DNA of 64,000 nt from Somniosus microcephalus (Eukaryota), in assembly GCA_052327205.1 (NCBI GenBank), contig CM126206.1, positions 165,044,001-165,108,000 of the forward strand, in the 5' to 3' direction. Below, piece by piece: positions 1-12,700 of this stretch. Position 1 is the first letter of the stretch, and each line of letters opens with the position of its first letter. The translations under genes and the position numbers were made by a program. The notes beneath the pieces are model-generated. The model was not told the origin of the DNA, searched no databases, and worked only from the letters and a program-made list of their open reading frames with translations.

Positions 1-2184
1 ACCCAGTGTTATTTGGACGACATCCTGGTTACGGGCGAAAATGACATTGAACACCTTGCCAACCTGGAGCAGGTGCTCACTAGATTACAAGAATATGGGT
101 TACGAGCCAACCGCCCCAAATGCGAGTTCTTCAGGAGACTAATCTCGTATTGTGGCCACATGATTGATGAGGAAGGGTTGCATAAGTCCCCAGACAAGAC
201 TGAGGCAGTAGTCAAGGCTCCAGCACCGGAAAACCTGTCGCAACTGAGGTCGTTCCTCGGGTTGGTGAACTACTACCATAAGTTCTTGCCGAATTTATCT
301 TCAATTCTGCACCCACTGAATGCCCTGCTGCAAACTGGAGTAACATGGAAATGGAGTGATGAGTGTAAGCGTGCCTTTCAGAAATGTAAATGCCTAATCA
401 CTTCAAAAGAAGTATTGGCCCACTACAATCCAACACTACCAATTCGGTTGGCATGTGATGCGCCTCCCTACGGCATTGGAGTGGTGCTGTCACACAAATT
501 CCTTGACGGTTCAGAGAGGCCAATAGCCTTTGTGTCGCGCTCGTTAACCTCAGCCGAGCGTAACTACGCCCAGATTGACAGGGAGGCCCTCAGCCTGGTG
601 TGGGGGGTGAAGAAGTTCAATCACTATCTGCACGGGCAGAAATTCACCCTACTGACTGATCATCAGCCTCTGGTCTCCATTTTTAACCCAAAGAAGGGCG
701 TTCCGGTGATGACGGCGCAACGGCTGCAAAGATGGTCACTTTTTCTAGGGGCACATCAGTACGACATAGAGTACAAGGGTACGAAACAGCATGGAAACGC
801 TGATGGGCTGTCGCGCCTACCGTTGCCTACGGTGGAGGAAGCACCTGCAGTGGACCCTGTTGAGATATTCCATGCGAACATAGTCGAATGTCTACCTGTT
901 ACAAACTCAAGTATAGAGAAGGAAGCCCGAAATGACCCGACACTCTCTCGGGTCTATGATTTGACAGTGAAGGGATGGCCAGCACATGGCGACTCACTGT
1001 TGCCAGCATTCTCGCCAAGGAGAGAACAGCTGTCAGTGTGCTGGGGGACCTTGATGTGTGGATCCCGAGTGGTAATTCCACCCAAGTTGAGAGATAGAGT
1101 GCGCAATGAGCTTCATGAGGGTCATCTGGGAGGGGTAAAAATGAAGAGCCTAGCCAGGGCGTTTGTGTGGTGGCCGGGAATCGATAAAGAAATCGAGGAT
1201 ATGACCAAGAGATGCACAGGATGCCAGAAGGTCCAAAACGCTCCACCACAGGCCCCGCTACACCCATGGGAGTGGCCCTCATCTCCATGGCAATGGGTAC
1301 ACATTGATTTTGCTGGTCCATTTATGGACTCAATGTTTTTAATCGCCGTGGATGCCCATTCGAAATGGCCAGAGGTCATCAAAATGTCCTCCACCACCAC
1401 GGAGAAAACTATTGCAGTCCTATGGACCATCTTCGCCAGGAATGGCTTGCCAGAACAGATTTGCTCCGACAATGGACCACAGTTTGTGTCCGAGGATTTC
1501 CGGACGTTTCTGAGGAATAATGGGGTGAAACATTACACATCTGCCCCATATCATCCAGCCACAAATGGATTGGCTGAGAGGTTTGTTCAGACCTTTAAAA
1601 AGGCAATAAAGGCGATGTATAACGACGACATACCACTACAACACAAGTTGGATAAAATCTTGTTTGCTTACCGGAATGCGACACATGCAGTCACCAACCA
1701 AGCTCCAGCCATAATGTTCTTCAACCGAAGGCTAAGATGTCGCCTGGATTTGCTCAAACCAAACATAAGACGAGATGTTGAGGATAAGCAATTCCAGCAC
1801 ATCAATGAGAAGCCAACCAGGAGCTTCAAGATAGGGCAACCAGTCTTGGCCCGCGACTACCGAACAGAAAAATGGCAGCCAGGAATGATATGCACACAGC
1901 AGGGACCACTAATGTACACAGTGGACGTTGGAGAGAGCATCGTGAGACGCCATGCTGACCAGACTCTAGAGTCACAGGAACAAGCCAAACCCATACCACG
2001 AGCATGTGCACCTGGTAATGAACCCGAAGTACAGATTGCGTGTACCTCAGAATCAGTGGTATTGGAAGCTGATGAACCAACCAATGACAATGAGCCAGAA
2101 TCGACTCCGCCGCAAGAACAGGATATTCGAGAAAGGTGCTATCCAGTCAGGATCAGGAAGCCTCCTCAAAGACTGAACTTATAA
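1..2184 (+). CDS. Gypsy Pol (RT C-terminus, RNase H, integrase), uninterrupted within the window
   Basis: YLDD at 10-21; RNase H LACDA...YAQIDREAL...TDHQPL...NADGLSR; integrase zinc finger LHEGH...CTGCQ and core HIDFAGP...SDNGPQF...NGLAERFVQTFK. Confidence 0.93.
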   Translation, partial: TQCYLDDILVTGENDIEHLANLEQVLTRLQEYGLRANRPKCEFFRRLISYCGHMIDEEGLHKSPDKTEAVVKAPAPENLSQLRSFLGLVNYYHKFLPNLSSILHPLNALLQTGVTWKWSDECKRAFQKCKCLITSKEVLAHYNPTLPIRLACDAPPYGIGVVLSHKFLDGSERPIAFVSRSLTSAERNYAQIDREALSLVWGVKKFNHYLHGQKFTLLTDHQPLVSIFNPKKGVPVMTAQRLQRWSLFLGAHQYDIEYKGTKQHGNADGLSRLPLPTVEEAPAVDPVEIFHANIVECLPVTNSSIEKEARNDPTLSRVYDLTVKGWPAHGDSLLPAFSPRREQLSVCWGTLMCGSRVVIPPKLRDRVRNELHEGHLGGVKMKSLARAFVWWPGIDKEIEDMTKRCTGCQKVQNAPPQAPLHPWEWPSSPWQWVHIDFAGPFMDSMFLIAVDAHSKWPEVIKMSSTTTEKTIAVLWTIFARNGLPEQICSDNGPQFVSEDFRTFLRNNGVKHYTSAPYHPATNGLAERFVQTFKKAIKAMYNDDIPLQHKLDKILFAYRNATHAVTNQAPAIMFFNRRLRCRLDLLKPNIRRDVEDKQFQHINEKPTRSFKIGQPVLARDYRTEKWQPGMICTQQGPLMYTVDVGESIVRRHADQTLESQEQAKPIPRACAPGNEPEVQIACTSESVVLEADEPTNDNEPESTPPQEQDIRERCYPVRIRKPPQRLNL

Positions 2185-2474
2185 ATGATTATTTCAGTTG
2201 ATGTATATAGTACAGAGAAAATTGTAATTGTAATTAGTTATTATTTAGTTGTTAACTGAATGTTATGTACTGTTTATCTAAAAGGGGAGGAATTGTTGTG
2301 TATGTACCTTTAAGAGAGAACTGATTTTATACTGTAGTACCGGCAGTGACCACACCTGTATATAAAGCCATAGCAGTCTTCTGTACTTTCAGTTTAAGCT
2401 TACCCTCTGTTCAGTAAATACCTGTTATTATTGTTCTCCTGCAGTCCGTGTATTATTGATACATGGACACTACA
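1..2474 (+). mobile_element. Ty3/Gypsy LTR retrotransposon (Mag/K02A2.6-like), 3' part: pol, PPT and 3' LTR; 5' end outside the window
   Basis: Open pol frame to 2184; PPT AAAGGGGAGG at 2281-2290; short LTR TGTTGTG(2294)...CACTACA(2474) with TATAAA and AGTAAA; followed directly by CR1 RT sequence, so inserted into a CR1. Confidence 0.92.
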
Positions 2475-2965
2475 GGCATGTTAAGTGAGCGGGCAATAAG
2501 GTGGCAGTTGGAGTATAATGTAGGGAAATGTGAGGTTATTCACTTCGGTAGGAAGAATAGTAAAACAGAATATTTTTTAAATGGTGAGAAGCTATTAAAT
2601 GTTGGTATTCAGAGAGATTTAGGTGTCCCCGTACAGGAAACACAGAAATTTAGCATGCAGGTACAGCAAGCAACTAGGAAGGCAAATAGCATGTTGGCCT
2701 TTATTGCAAGGGGGTTGTAATACAAGAGTAAGCAAGTCTTATTACAATTGCACAAAGCTTTAGTGAGACCACACCTGGAGTACAGTGCACAGTTTTGGTC
2801 TCCTTATCTGAGAAAAGATTTTTGGACTCTAGGGGAATCAAGGGATATGGGGATCGGGCGGGCAAGTGGAGTTGAGGTCGAAGATCAGCCATGATCTTAT
2901 TGAATGGAGGAGCGGGCTTGAGGGGCCGTATGGCCTACTCCTGCTTCCAATTCTTATGTTCTTTT
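2475..2965 (+). mobile_element. CR1 LINE 3' fragment with internal deletion
   Basis: WQLEYNVGKCEVIHFGRKN...RDLGV, RPHLEY.QFWSP; CR1 3' UTR ending TTCTTATGTTCT. Confidence 0.88.
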
Positions 2966-2974
2966 CTTATCTTC

Positions 2975-3533
2975 TAGATCTGACTATTCCAATGCACTCC
3001 TGACTGGCCTCCCACCTTCTATCCTATGTAAAGCTGAGGTCATCCAAAACTCTGCAGCTGCTGTTTTAACTCGCACCAAGTCTCGTTCACCCATCACCCC
3101 TGTGCTCGCTGACCTACATTGGCTCCCGTTTAAGCAACGCCTCAATTTAAAAATTCTTATCCTTGTTTTCAAATCCCTTCATGGCCTCGCCCCTCCCTAT
3201 CACTGTAATCTCCTCCAGCCCCACAGCCCCCAGAGATATCTGCGCTCTCTAATTTTAGCCTCTTGAGCATCCCCAATTTCATTCGCTTTACCATTGATGG
3301 CCGTCCTTCAGCTGCTAAGGCCCTAAGCTCAGGAATTACCTACTAAACCTCTCTGCCTTGCTACCTCTCTTTCCTCCTTTAAGATGCTCCTTAAAACCTA
3401 CCTCTTTGACCAAGCTGCCCTAATTTCTTCTTATGTGGCTCAGTGTCAAATTTTGTTTTATAACACTCCTGTGAAGTGCCTTGGGATGTTTTACTACATT
3501 AAAGGCGCTCTATGAATACAAGTTGTTGTTGTT
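2975..3533 (+). mobile_element. L2-type LINE 3' fragment
   Basis: YSNALLTGLP...IQNSAAAVL...ITPVLADLHWLPVKQRLNLKILILVFKSLHGLAPPY; tail AAAGGCGCTCTATGAATACAA(GTT)n. Confidence 0.85.
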
Positions 3534-5639
3534 TATTCATTTTGAAACGTGAAAATTAATTTTCTTTTATAAATGTTATGTTAGTTAACCTTCTAAAGTT
3601 ACATGCCTGAAAATGTTAAAGGTGACTGAAGCTGGGAACATATAAAACACTGGTTTTAATATCTAATAACACAATTGCTGTGTGTTAATCCTCCAGGCAA
3701 TTTAGCTATAGATTTACATGAAGTTGTGTTGTATAAAGTAGTGTCCCTCAGCAGTAATGGTCAGTCTGCTGTAGCTTGACATATCATACTTGAATTGAAG
3801 AGGATTGTGAATCAGGCTATCAATGGTGTACTCTTCTGAGACCAAACACGGGTTTAGAAAAAGGTGAAAGCAACTGCATTTATTTTATGCCTTCCTGTGA
3901 ATTTTGCAAAAGAGGAAGGTACTTTTGTTTGGCAAGACGGAAAGGGACAGATAAGATTTTCAGATTAGTTTAAATAATATGCCTTTTATTGTAAAGGTGG
4001 CGACTCTATTATTTCAAGTAACTGAAGCCTTCACAGAGCATAAAATGTAACTGTCATTCTCTTGAATGATGGCTGTGATGTGTAGCAGCGACTTAAAGAA
4101 AAGTCGGTGGGTGTGGAAAGAAAACAAAAAAAACTGCTGGAAACAGAGCTGCCTTTTGATGAGCGAGAGTGTGTAATTTATAGATCTAATTTCAGATAGG
4201 AACCACTCTTGCTAACACGATTAATCATTAATCCTATATCCATTTTCTTTTTTTATAAGCTAAAGAACAAGGTTGGCTTTGAATAATTTAATCTAAGACT
4301 AAGAAACATTTACATACCTTGTAGAACAAAGTGTTGTTTTTTAACCCCCTAAAACACAATCTATAGCACAAGAGCGATGGGCTCCTGTGTCTGAATTCCA
4401 GTCTTGACTGACATTTACACTCTGATTCCTCTCGGGTGGAGAGGGAGGGAAAACTGATTGACTCCTTATCCTTTCCTTCCCTATCCAACGTGGTCAAGCA
4501 TACCGCCTGGTGTGGTAACCAAAGAATCACAATAATGGATCCGCGAAAATATCCATCAGCTGGGCTGGACTATCCTGTCTTCTTGATCAATAAGGATAGT
4601 ATGTTGGGAAGGCAAAAATGAGAGGAAAATAACTGTCAAAATCCTAGCTGGGCCCAGTGACCGGAGTTAAAGTATATATTTGGTGTTTGGAAACAAGAAC
4701 AGTTCCATGGCATGATGTGAAAGAATTTAAATTATTGATGAGCTAATTACTGGCCTGAATTTTAGGCCAGAGATGCATTCCGTGCTTGGGGGCTGTTTTG
4801 TGGTCAGAAAACCTGGAAGAACGGGTTTTGAACTGCAGGACTCATATATTTTAATTTTTTTTCTGGTGGCTTCCCAACCACAGGCAGCCTGAGGCACAGG
4901 GCCGCAGCCACGGAGAACAGGTAGGTCTAGTGGGACAGATCATCTGCGGGGTGGGGGGGGTCCCGACTGCGAGTGGGTTCCCGACTGCAGGTGGGTTCCC
5001 AATCGAGGGGCGGTTTCTGAGCTGTGATGGTGTGAGCTGAATTTATATTGTGCTGTCTCATCCTGTGCAGCATATTTAATTTCCCAGGGTGCATCAGTAC
5101 CATTCAGTAGCAAAATTGGTGGAATATTTTTCTTTAGCTTCAGCAGGTTGTTCTGAGTTATTTTTCAAAATGATTTCAAGAAAAGCTAGAGGACGAATTT
5201 GAAAAGCTTTATTGAGGTAACTTTTTTTGACAGAGAGTGGGTGTGTTTGAGAGAAAAAATGAGACTACATCTCATGTAACTTTTGCTTTAAGTTCCATGA
5301 ACTTTGCAAAATGCCTTAACCTGAGAGAGATAGATAAATAGAGAGAGAGAGAGATAGAGAGCTCGATTTTGCCATTGTGGGTGGGCTGGGGGCATGTCAG
5401 GTGGTTTTCGTGTCAGGACCCCGATTCCGATGTGAAGTAGGAAAAAAGTGTGATTTTGCCCTAATTGGGCACTTGATTTCCAGCGTGTGGAAACCCCTGG
5501 CCCAATGAGTCTTTTCATACAGAAAGTCGCCTCCGATGACATCATCAATGCTGCCGGATTTAAGGCCTGCAAGCAGCCTTGCTTCTTCTGGAGATTTTAA
5601 ACTTTATGCCCATTGTTGTGATCGCTTCATTCAGCAACT

Positions 5640-7698
5640 ATGTCCAGCAGTAGGCCAAAGTGTGCTCCAAGGTTCGATGAGGCCTCCCTCCAAGCTCTGG
5701 TGGAGGGAGCAAGATCAAATAAGGAGGTGCTCTTCCCTTCCTCGGGAAGGAAAAAGCCTCCCCAGTAGACTAAAGCTGTGTGGATGCAAGTGGCCCAGGA
5801 GGTCAACTCTATCTCTATGTGCCGCAGAACCTGGCTGCAGTGCAAGAAGAGGTTTCATGACCTTCTCCGCACAGGAAAAGTGAGTATGACTTTCCCATCA
5901 CCCTCAATCTGATCCCCATCGCCTCTCCTCACCAGCGCTCTGCTTTGCCAACCTCTTCCTCCACATTCCACTTGACACTTACATCCCTATACCTTGACCC
6001 ATTCCCCCTATCTCTGTATGGTCACATTCACTTAACTATTCGACCATGCAGCCCTCACACTCCCTATCACTGTGATGCAATGACAACAACTTACAACACA
6101 CAGGGAGGGTCCTTTGTCTCCTTCTAAGCATCTATGCTATGGATTCTCTACACTCACTCCTTCATTCTCACTCAAACTCCACTTGTGTCCCTCATTGCAG
6201 GAAAAGAGAGCCCACAATAAGCGGGAAAGAGCGAGGACAGGAGGAGGGCCACCCTCAGTAGCCCAGCTCCCCACCTCGGAGGAGGCGGCCCTGGAAATCG
6301 CCGGTGTCGAGGACGATTCGCTAGCGGGGGACGGACAGACGGGCGCATCACAGCAAGCTGGTGACAGAATAGTTTGGCATCTCTCTCATTGACATTGCGT
6401 GAGTGAATGATAATGATTCTGCTGCTCTAACACATTGAACTATGTCCAGCAGTAGGCCAAAGTGTGCTCCAAGGTTCGATGAGGCCTCCCTCCAAGCTCT
6501 GGTGGAGGGAGCAAGATCAAATAAGGAGGTGCTCTTCCCTTCCTCGGGAAGGAAAAAGCCTCCCCAGTAGACTAAAGCTGTGTGGATGCAAGTGCAACCT
6601 TTACCTCACATCTCTAACTTTCCTTTACTCCTCCACAGGACCATCGACAGCCCCCGTCCCCACTGTCCAGGAGGAACAGCATGAGCCTCAAGACTCCTCA
6701 GAGGAAACGGCAACCTCTGAGGTTGCAGCGTCAGCAGAATTCAGTGCACCCAGCACCAGCGCAGACACTCACACCTTGGTGGGACCTTCGCGAGATAGAG
6801 TAGTGTTGCTACCTGGTGTATCACAGCTCACAAGTGAGCATCAGCAGATGGTGGAGACAGGGACAGCAGTGGAGAGTCCTTGTCGGAGGGCACAGAACTC
6901 TGCCAGCTCGGCTCAGCTGCATGTCGACCCTGTGCCTCCGGGTCCATCCAGAAGGAGAACGGTGCTGGAACTCCAGGAACAGGTGCAGGAGTCTCTGGCA
7001 GGTTTTGTCTCCAGGTTCGCTTCGAGTGTGGAGTGAATGGAGGAGTCCATCGCGAACATGAGCAGAGCCTTTGTGGAGGCATTGGCGCATGAACGCATCA
7101 CCATGGAAAGGATGGCAACCTCCGTGGAAAGGATGGCTACGGTAGAGGAGAGGATGGCTACGGCCATGGAGGAGCTAAGTCGCCAGAGTGTTGAAAACTT
7201 GGTCATTGTTCAGAATAGACTAACATCTCTTGAGGAGCAATGGTCAGCTATTGAGCATAGAAACCAGACCTTCATAGAAGTCCTCTGGAGTAGGACTTCC
7301 AGTGCAGAAACAGGTCCTCATGGCCCCCCTGAAGTGCAGCAAGGTGCTGTCAAGCCACTTGCTATAACTCTGAAGTGGGGCTGACCCATGAGAGGGATGT
7401 TGGTGGTAGACAAGGAAGTAGGGGCTCCTCTCCAAGCGCTCACATGACCATGCTACTTCAAAGCCCTCGGTGAGAGCCCCAGCTGAGTCCTCACCCAACT
7501 TAGATGGGCATCTCAGCCCCTGCACAGGAGCAGCAGACTGTTGCCGAGCCCTCACAGGCTTGCAACCCCAGAGGATGCCCGCCAAAGGTGCCGAGACAGG
7601 AACAGCAAGAGAATGAGCAAGGGCCCTCCACATCTACTGAAGCCACAGGGGAAGCACCATGTAGGAGCACGCGTAAGAAGAAGATAAAGCACAAGTGA
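5640..7698 (+). pseudogene. Harbinger Myb/SANT-like DNA-binding protein gene, 3 exons (5640-5879, 6201-6360, 6639-7698), disabled
   Basis: Exon 1 MSSSRPKCAPRFDEASLQALVEG...*...VWMQVAQEVNS...RTWLQCKKRFHDLLRTGK|GTGAGT; exon 2 EKRAHNKRERARTGGGPP; exon 3 with a coiled-coil repeat (ERMAT)n and basic tail RSTRKKKIKHK; in-frame stops and one frameshift. Confidence 0.85.
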
Positions 7699-7956
7699 TC
7701 ACAAGGGTAGTCACTTGGGTGTTCTGTTGTATTGTTTTTTGACAAGCCATCCTTGTAATGTTATGATAAACAGATTTGATGACAAACTGTTGAAGTTGTG
7801 GCCTGTGTCATCTCACAAATGGGACTTCCACATTGAGGGCTTAGGGTGCTTTGCAATTGTCGGTATGGTGGTCGGAGTGATAGGAATTCGCAGGTTCTTG
7901 TCCATTGTCGATGCTCTGGTAAGAAGGTGCGAGGCAAAACTGTTTGATTGTGCAGG

Positions 7957-8183
7957 CTAAGCAAATCTGGCCAACATGAATGTGTCCCTTGCATCCCGGG
8001 CAGCAATGTGGTTGCACGCTGGCGCCTTCTGGCCTGTGCAGCTTCAGGTGGGTGAGCAGCAGCTTGGCGCTCCTGTTGTTGCTGCTGCTGTTGGTGCTGC
8101 TGTTGTTCATAGTTCTGCTGCTGCAGTGGCTGGTCTTCATCCGAATCTGATGTCCAGGAGGAAAGGAAATAAATGGTTCCCAT
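7957..8183 (-). pseudogene. Harbinger transposase remnant: Q-rich N-terminus joined to the C-terminal tail, catalytic DDE domain deleted
   Basis: MGTIYFLSSWTSDSDEDQPLQQQ... followed (other frame) by AARDARDTFMLARFA*, comparable to the tail SARAVRERLIRLQYQ* of the transposase near 37000. Confidence 0.6.
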
Positions 8184-8812
8184 GCTTCTGGTATATGCCT
8201 CAGTTGAGGAAGCGCTCAGTCAAGGTGACGAGAGGGGTATCCCAGGACGTCACACTGGAGATGGGTGTCAGGCTCCAAACTTCCACAACAATGAATATGC
8301 CTGCTAAATGTTCCCCCAGACCTGAGACAACAAAGTTCTGCCACCTGCAAATGATCATTGGTGAAAACTCCTTTTTAATGGTGGAGCTGCAGCTGTTAGT
8401 AAGCAATCCACTTGTGAGGCCGCCAGGATTTACTGGCGTGTTCCAGAGGAGACATGCAGGAAGGGGGAAATGTGTTAAAATCAGAAAGGCCTCTCAAAAT
8501 GGGATTATAGAGGCAATTAAGTGGTTGTTAAGGGCTTTAAGGGTCTATCACGCCTCTTGGAGGTGGGGTGGAAAACGGGTGTGAAACCCCGATTCTGAGA
8601 AAATTGTTCGGAGGTAGGCTGGAGGTGGGATTGGAGCCGCCTGCCATTTTTTGCGATTTTAACACCTCACACGCCTCCTTGAGCCTGGCAAAATCGAGTC
8701 CAGAGTGTCTTCATTGTAATTTCACTTCATTTTATAAAGTAAAAGTTGAATTTTGAAGCAAACCTATATCTTTCACCGAATTGGATTTTGTTGATAGCAA
8801 ATTTTAAAATGC

Positions 8813-9720
8813 TTTTATTTATTCATTCATGGGATGTGGGTGTCACTGGCAAGGCCAGCATTTATTGCCCATTCTTGAACTGCTGCAGTCTGTGTGGTGA
8901 AGGTACTCCCACAGTGATGTTAAGTAGGGAGTTCCAGGATTTTGACCCAGCGACGATGAAGGAACACCGATATACTTCTAAGTCAGGATGGTGTGTGACT
9001 TGGAGGGAAACTTGGAGGTGGTGGCCTTGTCCTTCTAGGTGGAAGAGGTTGCAGGTTTGGGATGGGCTGTTGATGAAGTCTTGGTGAGTTGCTGCAGTGC
9101 ATCTTGTAGATAGTACACTGGTGGTGGAGGGAGTGAATATTTAAGGCGGTGGATGGGGTGCCGATCACGTGGGCTGCTTTATCCTGGATGGTGTTGAGCT
9201 TCTTGAGTGTTGTTGGAGCTGCACTCATCCAGGCAAGTGGAAAATATTCCATCACACTCCTTACTTGTGCCTTGTAGGTGGTGGAAAGGCTTTGGGAAGT
9301 CAGGAGGTGAGTCAATCACCGCAGAATACCCAGCCTCTGACCTGCTCTTGTAGCTACAGTGTTTATGTGGCTGGTCCAGTTAAGTTTCTAGTCAATGGTA
9401 ACTCCCGGGATATTGATGGTGGGGGATTCAAAGATGGTAATGCCATTGAATGTCAAGGGGCCGTGGGTAGACCTTCTCTTGTTGGAGGTGGCAAGTCACA
9501 TTCACACCACACATCAGCTCAAGCCTGAATATTGTCCCGGTCTTGCTCCATGAAGGCATGGACTGCTTCATTATCTGGGGAGTTGCGAATGGAACTGAAC
9601 ACTGTGCAATCGTCGGCGAACATCCCCACTTCTGACGTTATGATGGAGGGAAGGTCGTTGATGAAGCACCTGAAGATAGTTGGGCCTAGGACACTGTCTT
9701 GAGGAACTCCTGCAGCGATG
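8813..9720 (-). mobile_element. CR1/L2-group LINE (Crack/L2-like) 3' fragment
   Basis: YKAQVRSVMEYFPLAWMSAAPTTLKKLNTIQDKAA; tail CCCACATCCCATGAATGAATAAA; same family as 34641-36174 and 16653-17054. Confidence 0.8.
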
Positions 9721-9789
9721 TAAACATTCTAAGCTGTTGGACATGGGTGGGGTGGAGGCGGGAGAGAGAGAGAGAATGACAGACACAGT

Positions 9790-12700
9790 GGGATAGAAAT
9801 TTGTCTTGTGAGGTAATGCAAAACGGGTGGTATGGCATCGGTCACCCATTATATACCCGTCCCGATATTCGGTTCCTTTGACTTCATCTACCTTCAATTA
9901 ACTGCCTCATGCAGTCGGTACGCAGCGCTGACTTAACATCACCACATTGAACTTTGAACCTAGCGCTGAGTTCAGTGCTGGGTCCTAAGCTCACCATGAA
10001 AACCCAGCATTCAGCAAACTGACAGAGGTGTTGTCTTAAAGGGACACACATATCTTTCATTAAGTTTGCACTTAAGCTTTTGAACTGGGTGTTTTTGATT
10101 TTACTGATGTAGTGGCTTGCTGCAATAGATGTTAAGAGTTTTTTAAGTGTGTAGGGAGTGCTTCTGGATGCTTGCAAGGCCTCAGATAAGAACATAAGAA
10201 ATAGGAGCAGGAGTAGGTCATTCGGCCCTTCGAGCCTGCTCCGCCATTCAATGAGATCATGGCTGATCTTCTGCCTCAACTCCATTCACCGGCCCTATCG
10301 CCACATCCCTTGATGCCCTTACTAGTCAGAAATCTATCAACCTCTGTTTTGAATATACCCAATGACTGAGCCTCCACAGCCTTTGGGGTAGAGAATTCCA
10401 AAGATTCACCACCCTCTATGTGAAGACATTTCTTCTCATCTCAGTCCTGAATGACCTACCCTTTATCTTGAGGCTGTGGCCCCTGGTTCTAGACTCCCCA
10501 GCCAAGGGAAACATTCTCCCAGCATCCATCCTATCAAGCCCTGTAATAATTTTGTATGCTTCAATGAGATCCCCTCTCATTCTTCTGAATTCAAGAGAAT
10601 ACAGGCTTACTTTACTCAATCTTTTCTCATACGACAGTCCTGCCATCCCAGGAATCAATCTCGTGAACCTTCGTTGCACTCCCTCTATGGCAACTATATC
10701 CTTCCTTAGTTAAGGAGACCAAAATTGTACACAGTACTCCAGGTGTGGTCTCACCAAGGCCCATTATAATTGGAGTAAGACTTCTTTATGCCTGTACTCA
10801 AATCCTCTTGTTATGAAGGCCAGCATACCATTTGCCTTCCTAATGGCTTACTGCACCTGCACATTCACTTTCAGTGACTCATGTACAAGGACACCCAGGT
10901 TCCTTTGAGCATCTGCATTCCCCAATCTTTCACCATTTAGGAAATACTCTGCCTTTCTGTTTTTTCTTCCAAAGTGGATAACTTCACATTTATCCACATT
11001 ATATGCCATCTGCCATATTCTCGCCCACTCACTGAGCCTGTCGAGATCCCCATGAAGCCTCTTCACACCCTCTTCGCAACTGACACTGCCACCTAGCTTT
11101 GTATCATCAGCAAATTTGGAAATGTTACATTTAGTCCCCTCATCCAAATCATTGATATAGATTGTGAATAGCTGGGGCCCAAGCACCGATCCTTGCGGTA
11201 CCCCACTAGTCACAGCCTGCCATCCTGAAGAAGACCCATTTATCCCTACTCTTTGTTTTCTGCCTGTTAACCAATTCTCAATCCATGCTAGTATATTACC
11301 CCCAATTTCAAGTGCCCTAATTTTGTTCACCAACCTCTTGTGTGGGACCTTATCGAAGGCCTTCTGAAAATCCAGATACACCACATCTACCGGTTTCCCT
11401 TTGTCTACTCCACTAGTTACATCCTCAAAGAACTCCAATAGGTTTGTCAAACAGGATTTCCCTTTCATAAATCCATGTTGACTCTGCTCAATCTTACTAT
11501 AAGTTTCTAAGTGCCCAGTTATTGCATCCTTTATAATAGATTCCAGCATTTTCCCAACTACTGATGTGAGGCTAAAGGAAGGCCTCTGAGAAGACAGCAA
11601 ATGCAGTAAATACTTTGCAGGTCAGGCAAGATCCGTGGAGAGAGAAACAGAGTTCATGTCTCAGGTCAAGATGCTGAGTATTTCTAGCATTTTATGCTGT
11701 CATTTCAGATTTACAGCATCTGCTTGCAGAGTGAACGGGAAGAAGCAGAAGGAAGGTTGCATCCTGGACAGCCCTTTCTGGCCGGGATATTCAGGATGAA
11801 ATCACCTGCCTGCGCTCCCAGTGATCACAACCCCAAATCCCCTTTCAGCATTAGTCCCACACCTTAACTTCCCTCTGTTACTGACCATCACAGCGTCTTC
11901 TTGGCCCCAATGCTGAAATAAAAGCCACCACAAAGCAAACTTTCCAATCCAACTTTATACATCTATCCATCCAATATGACATCATGAAATTAACTCATCA
12001 CCCTTATGCATTCCCTTAGTGACTGTCTTGTGTGTGCTTTTGCCTATCCTACTGATGTCACGCAGTGCTACCCCAGTGGCTGCAGCATGGCTGCTGACTT
12101 TCAGTGAGGGACACTGCAAGTGGCCTTGTTGGTCAACCTTGAAGAGCTGGTGGCCGCGAGTGTCAAATCAAGTGACGGTGTTTCTTCTTCTTCACTCTCC
12201 TCGCCCTATTCTTGGCCAACCAGTGTCTGGGCAGGCTGTATTTCTTGTGTGTGTGAAATGAGGAAGGCCCAAGGGTGCAGTTGTGGTGATGGGAGGACGG
12301 GAAAGCAAGAGGTATATGTCAGAAGGAGGCTAACGTATGAGGATACCAACCTCTTATATCCTTTCTGCTCCGCTCTGGCCAAGGGCTCAGCCATGCCCAT
12401 GCCAAGAATGACGTCTCCTCCAAGGGGGTGAGGTGAGGCTCGGAATGGGAGTCGTGCCTCGTGATTGGTACAGATTGTTGGCAGGTGAGTGATTGTGGGG
12501 GGGAGTTGTGCAATGAGCAGTGTGTGAGGCTAGTGATTCAGTTAGTAAGAGACGGCTTTTGAAGATGCATTCACTGACCTTGACCACTGGTCTGAGGTCA
12601 TGAAAATTCTTTGGGCACTGGAGCCAGGTGGTGGGGATGACACTGCTGGCAGTGACAGCCTCAGTGATCTGGTCCCACATCGTTCTTTCTAGAGGGTCTC

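Larger units (their letters stand above)
5359..8701. mobile_element. Non-autonomous PIF/Harbinger element A: spliced Myb/SANT gene (+) and internally deleted transposase (-)
   Basis: TIRs GAGCTCGATTTTGCCA / TGGCAAAATCGAGTCC; 3-bp TSD AGA on both sides; two convergent genes. Confidence 0.85.

Noticed and set aside
3698-3760. Possible extra exon (ctccAG...GTCAGT)
   Set aside because: No similarity to CRPPA exon 3 or any protein I recognise; exons 4-6 already splice in frame.
7761-8183. Poly-Q host protein ORF
   Set aside because: It lies between Harbinger TIRs and is best explained as the transposase N-terminal remnant.
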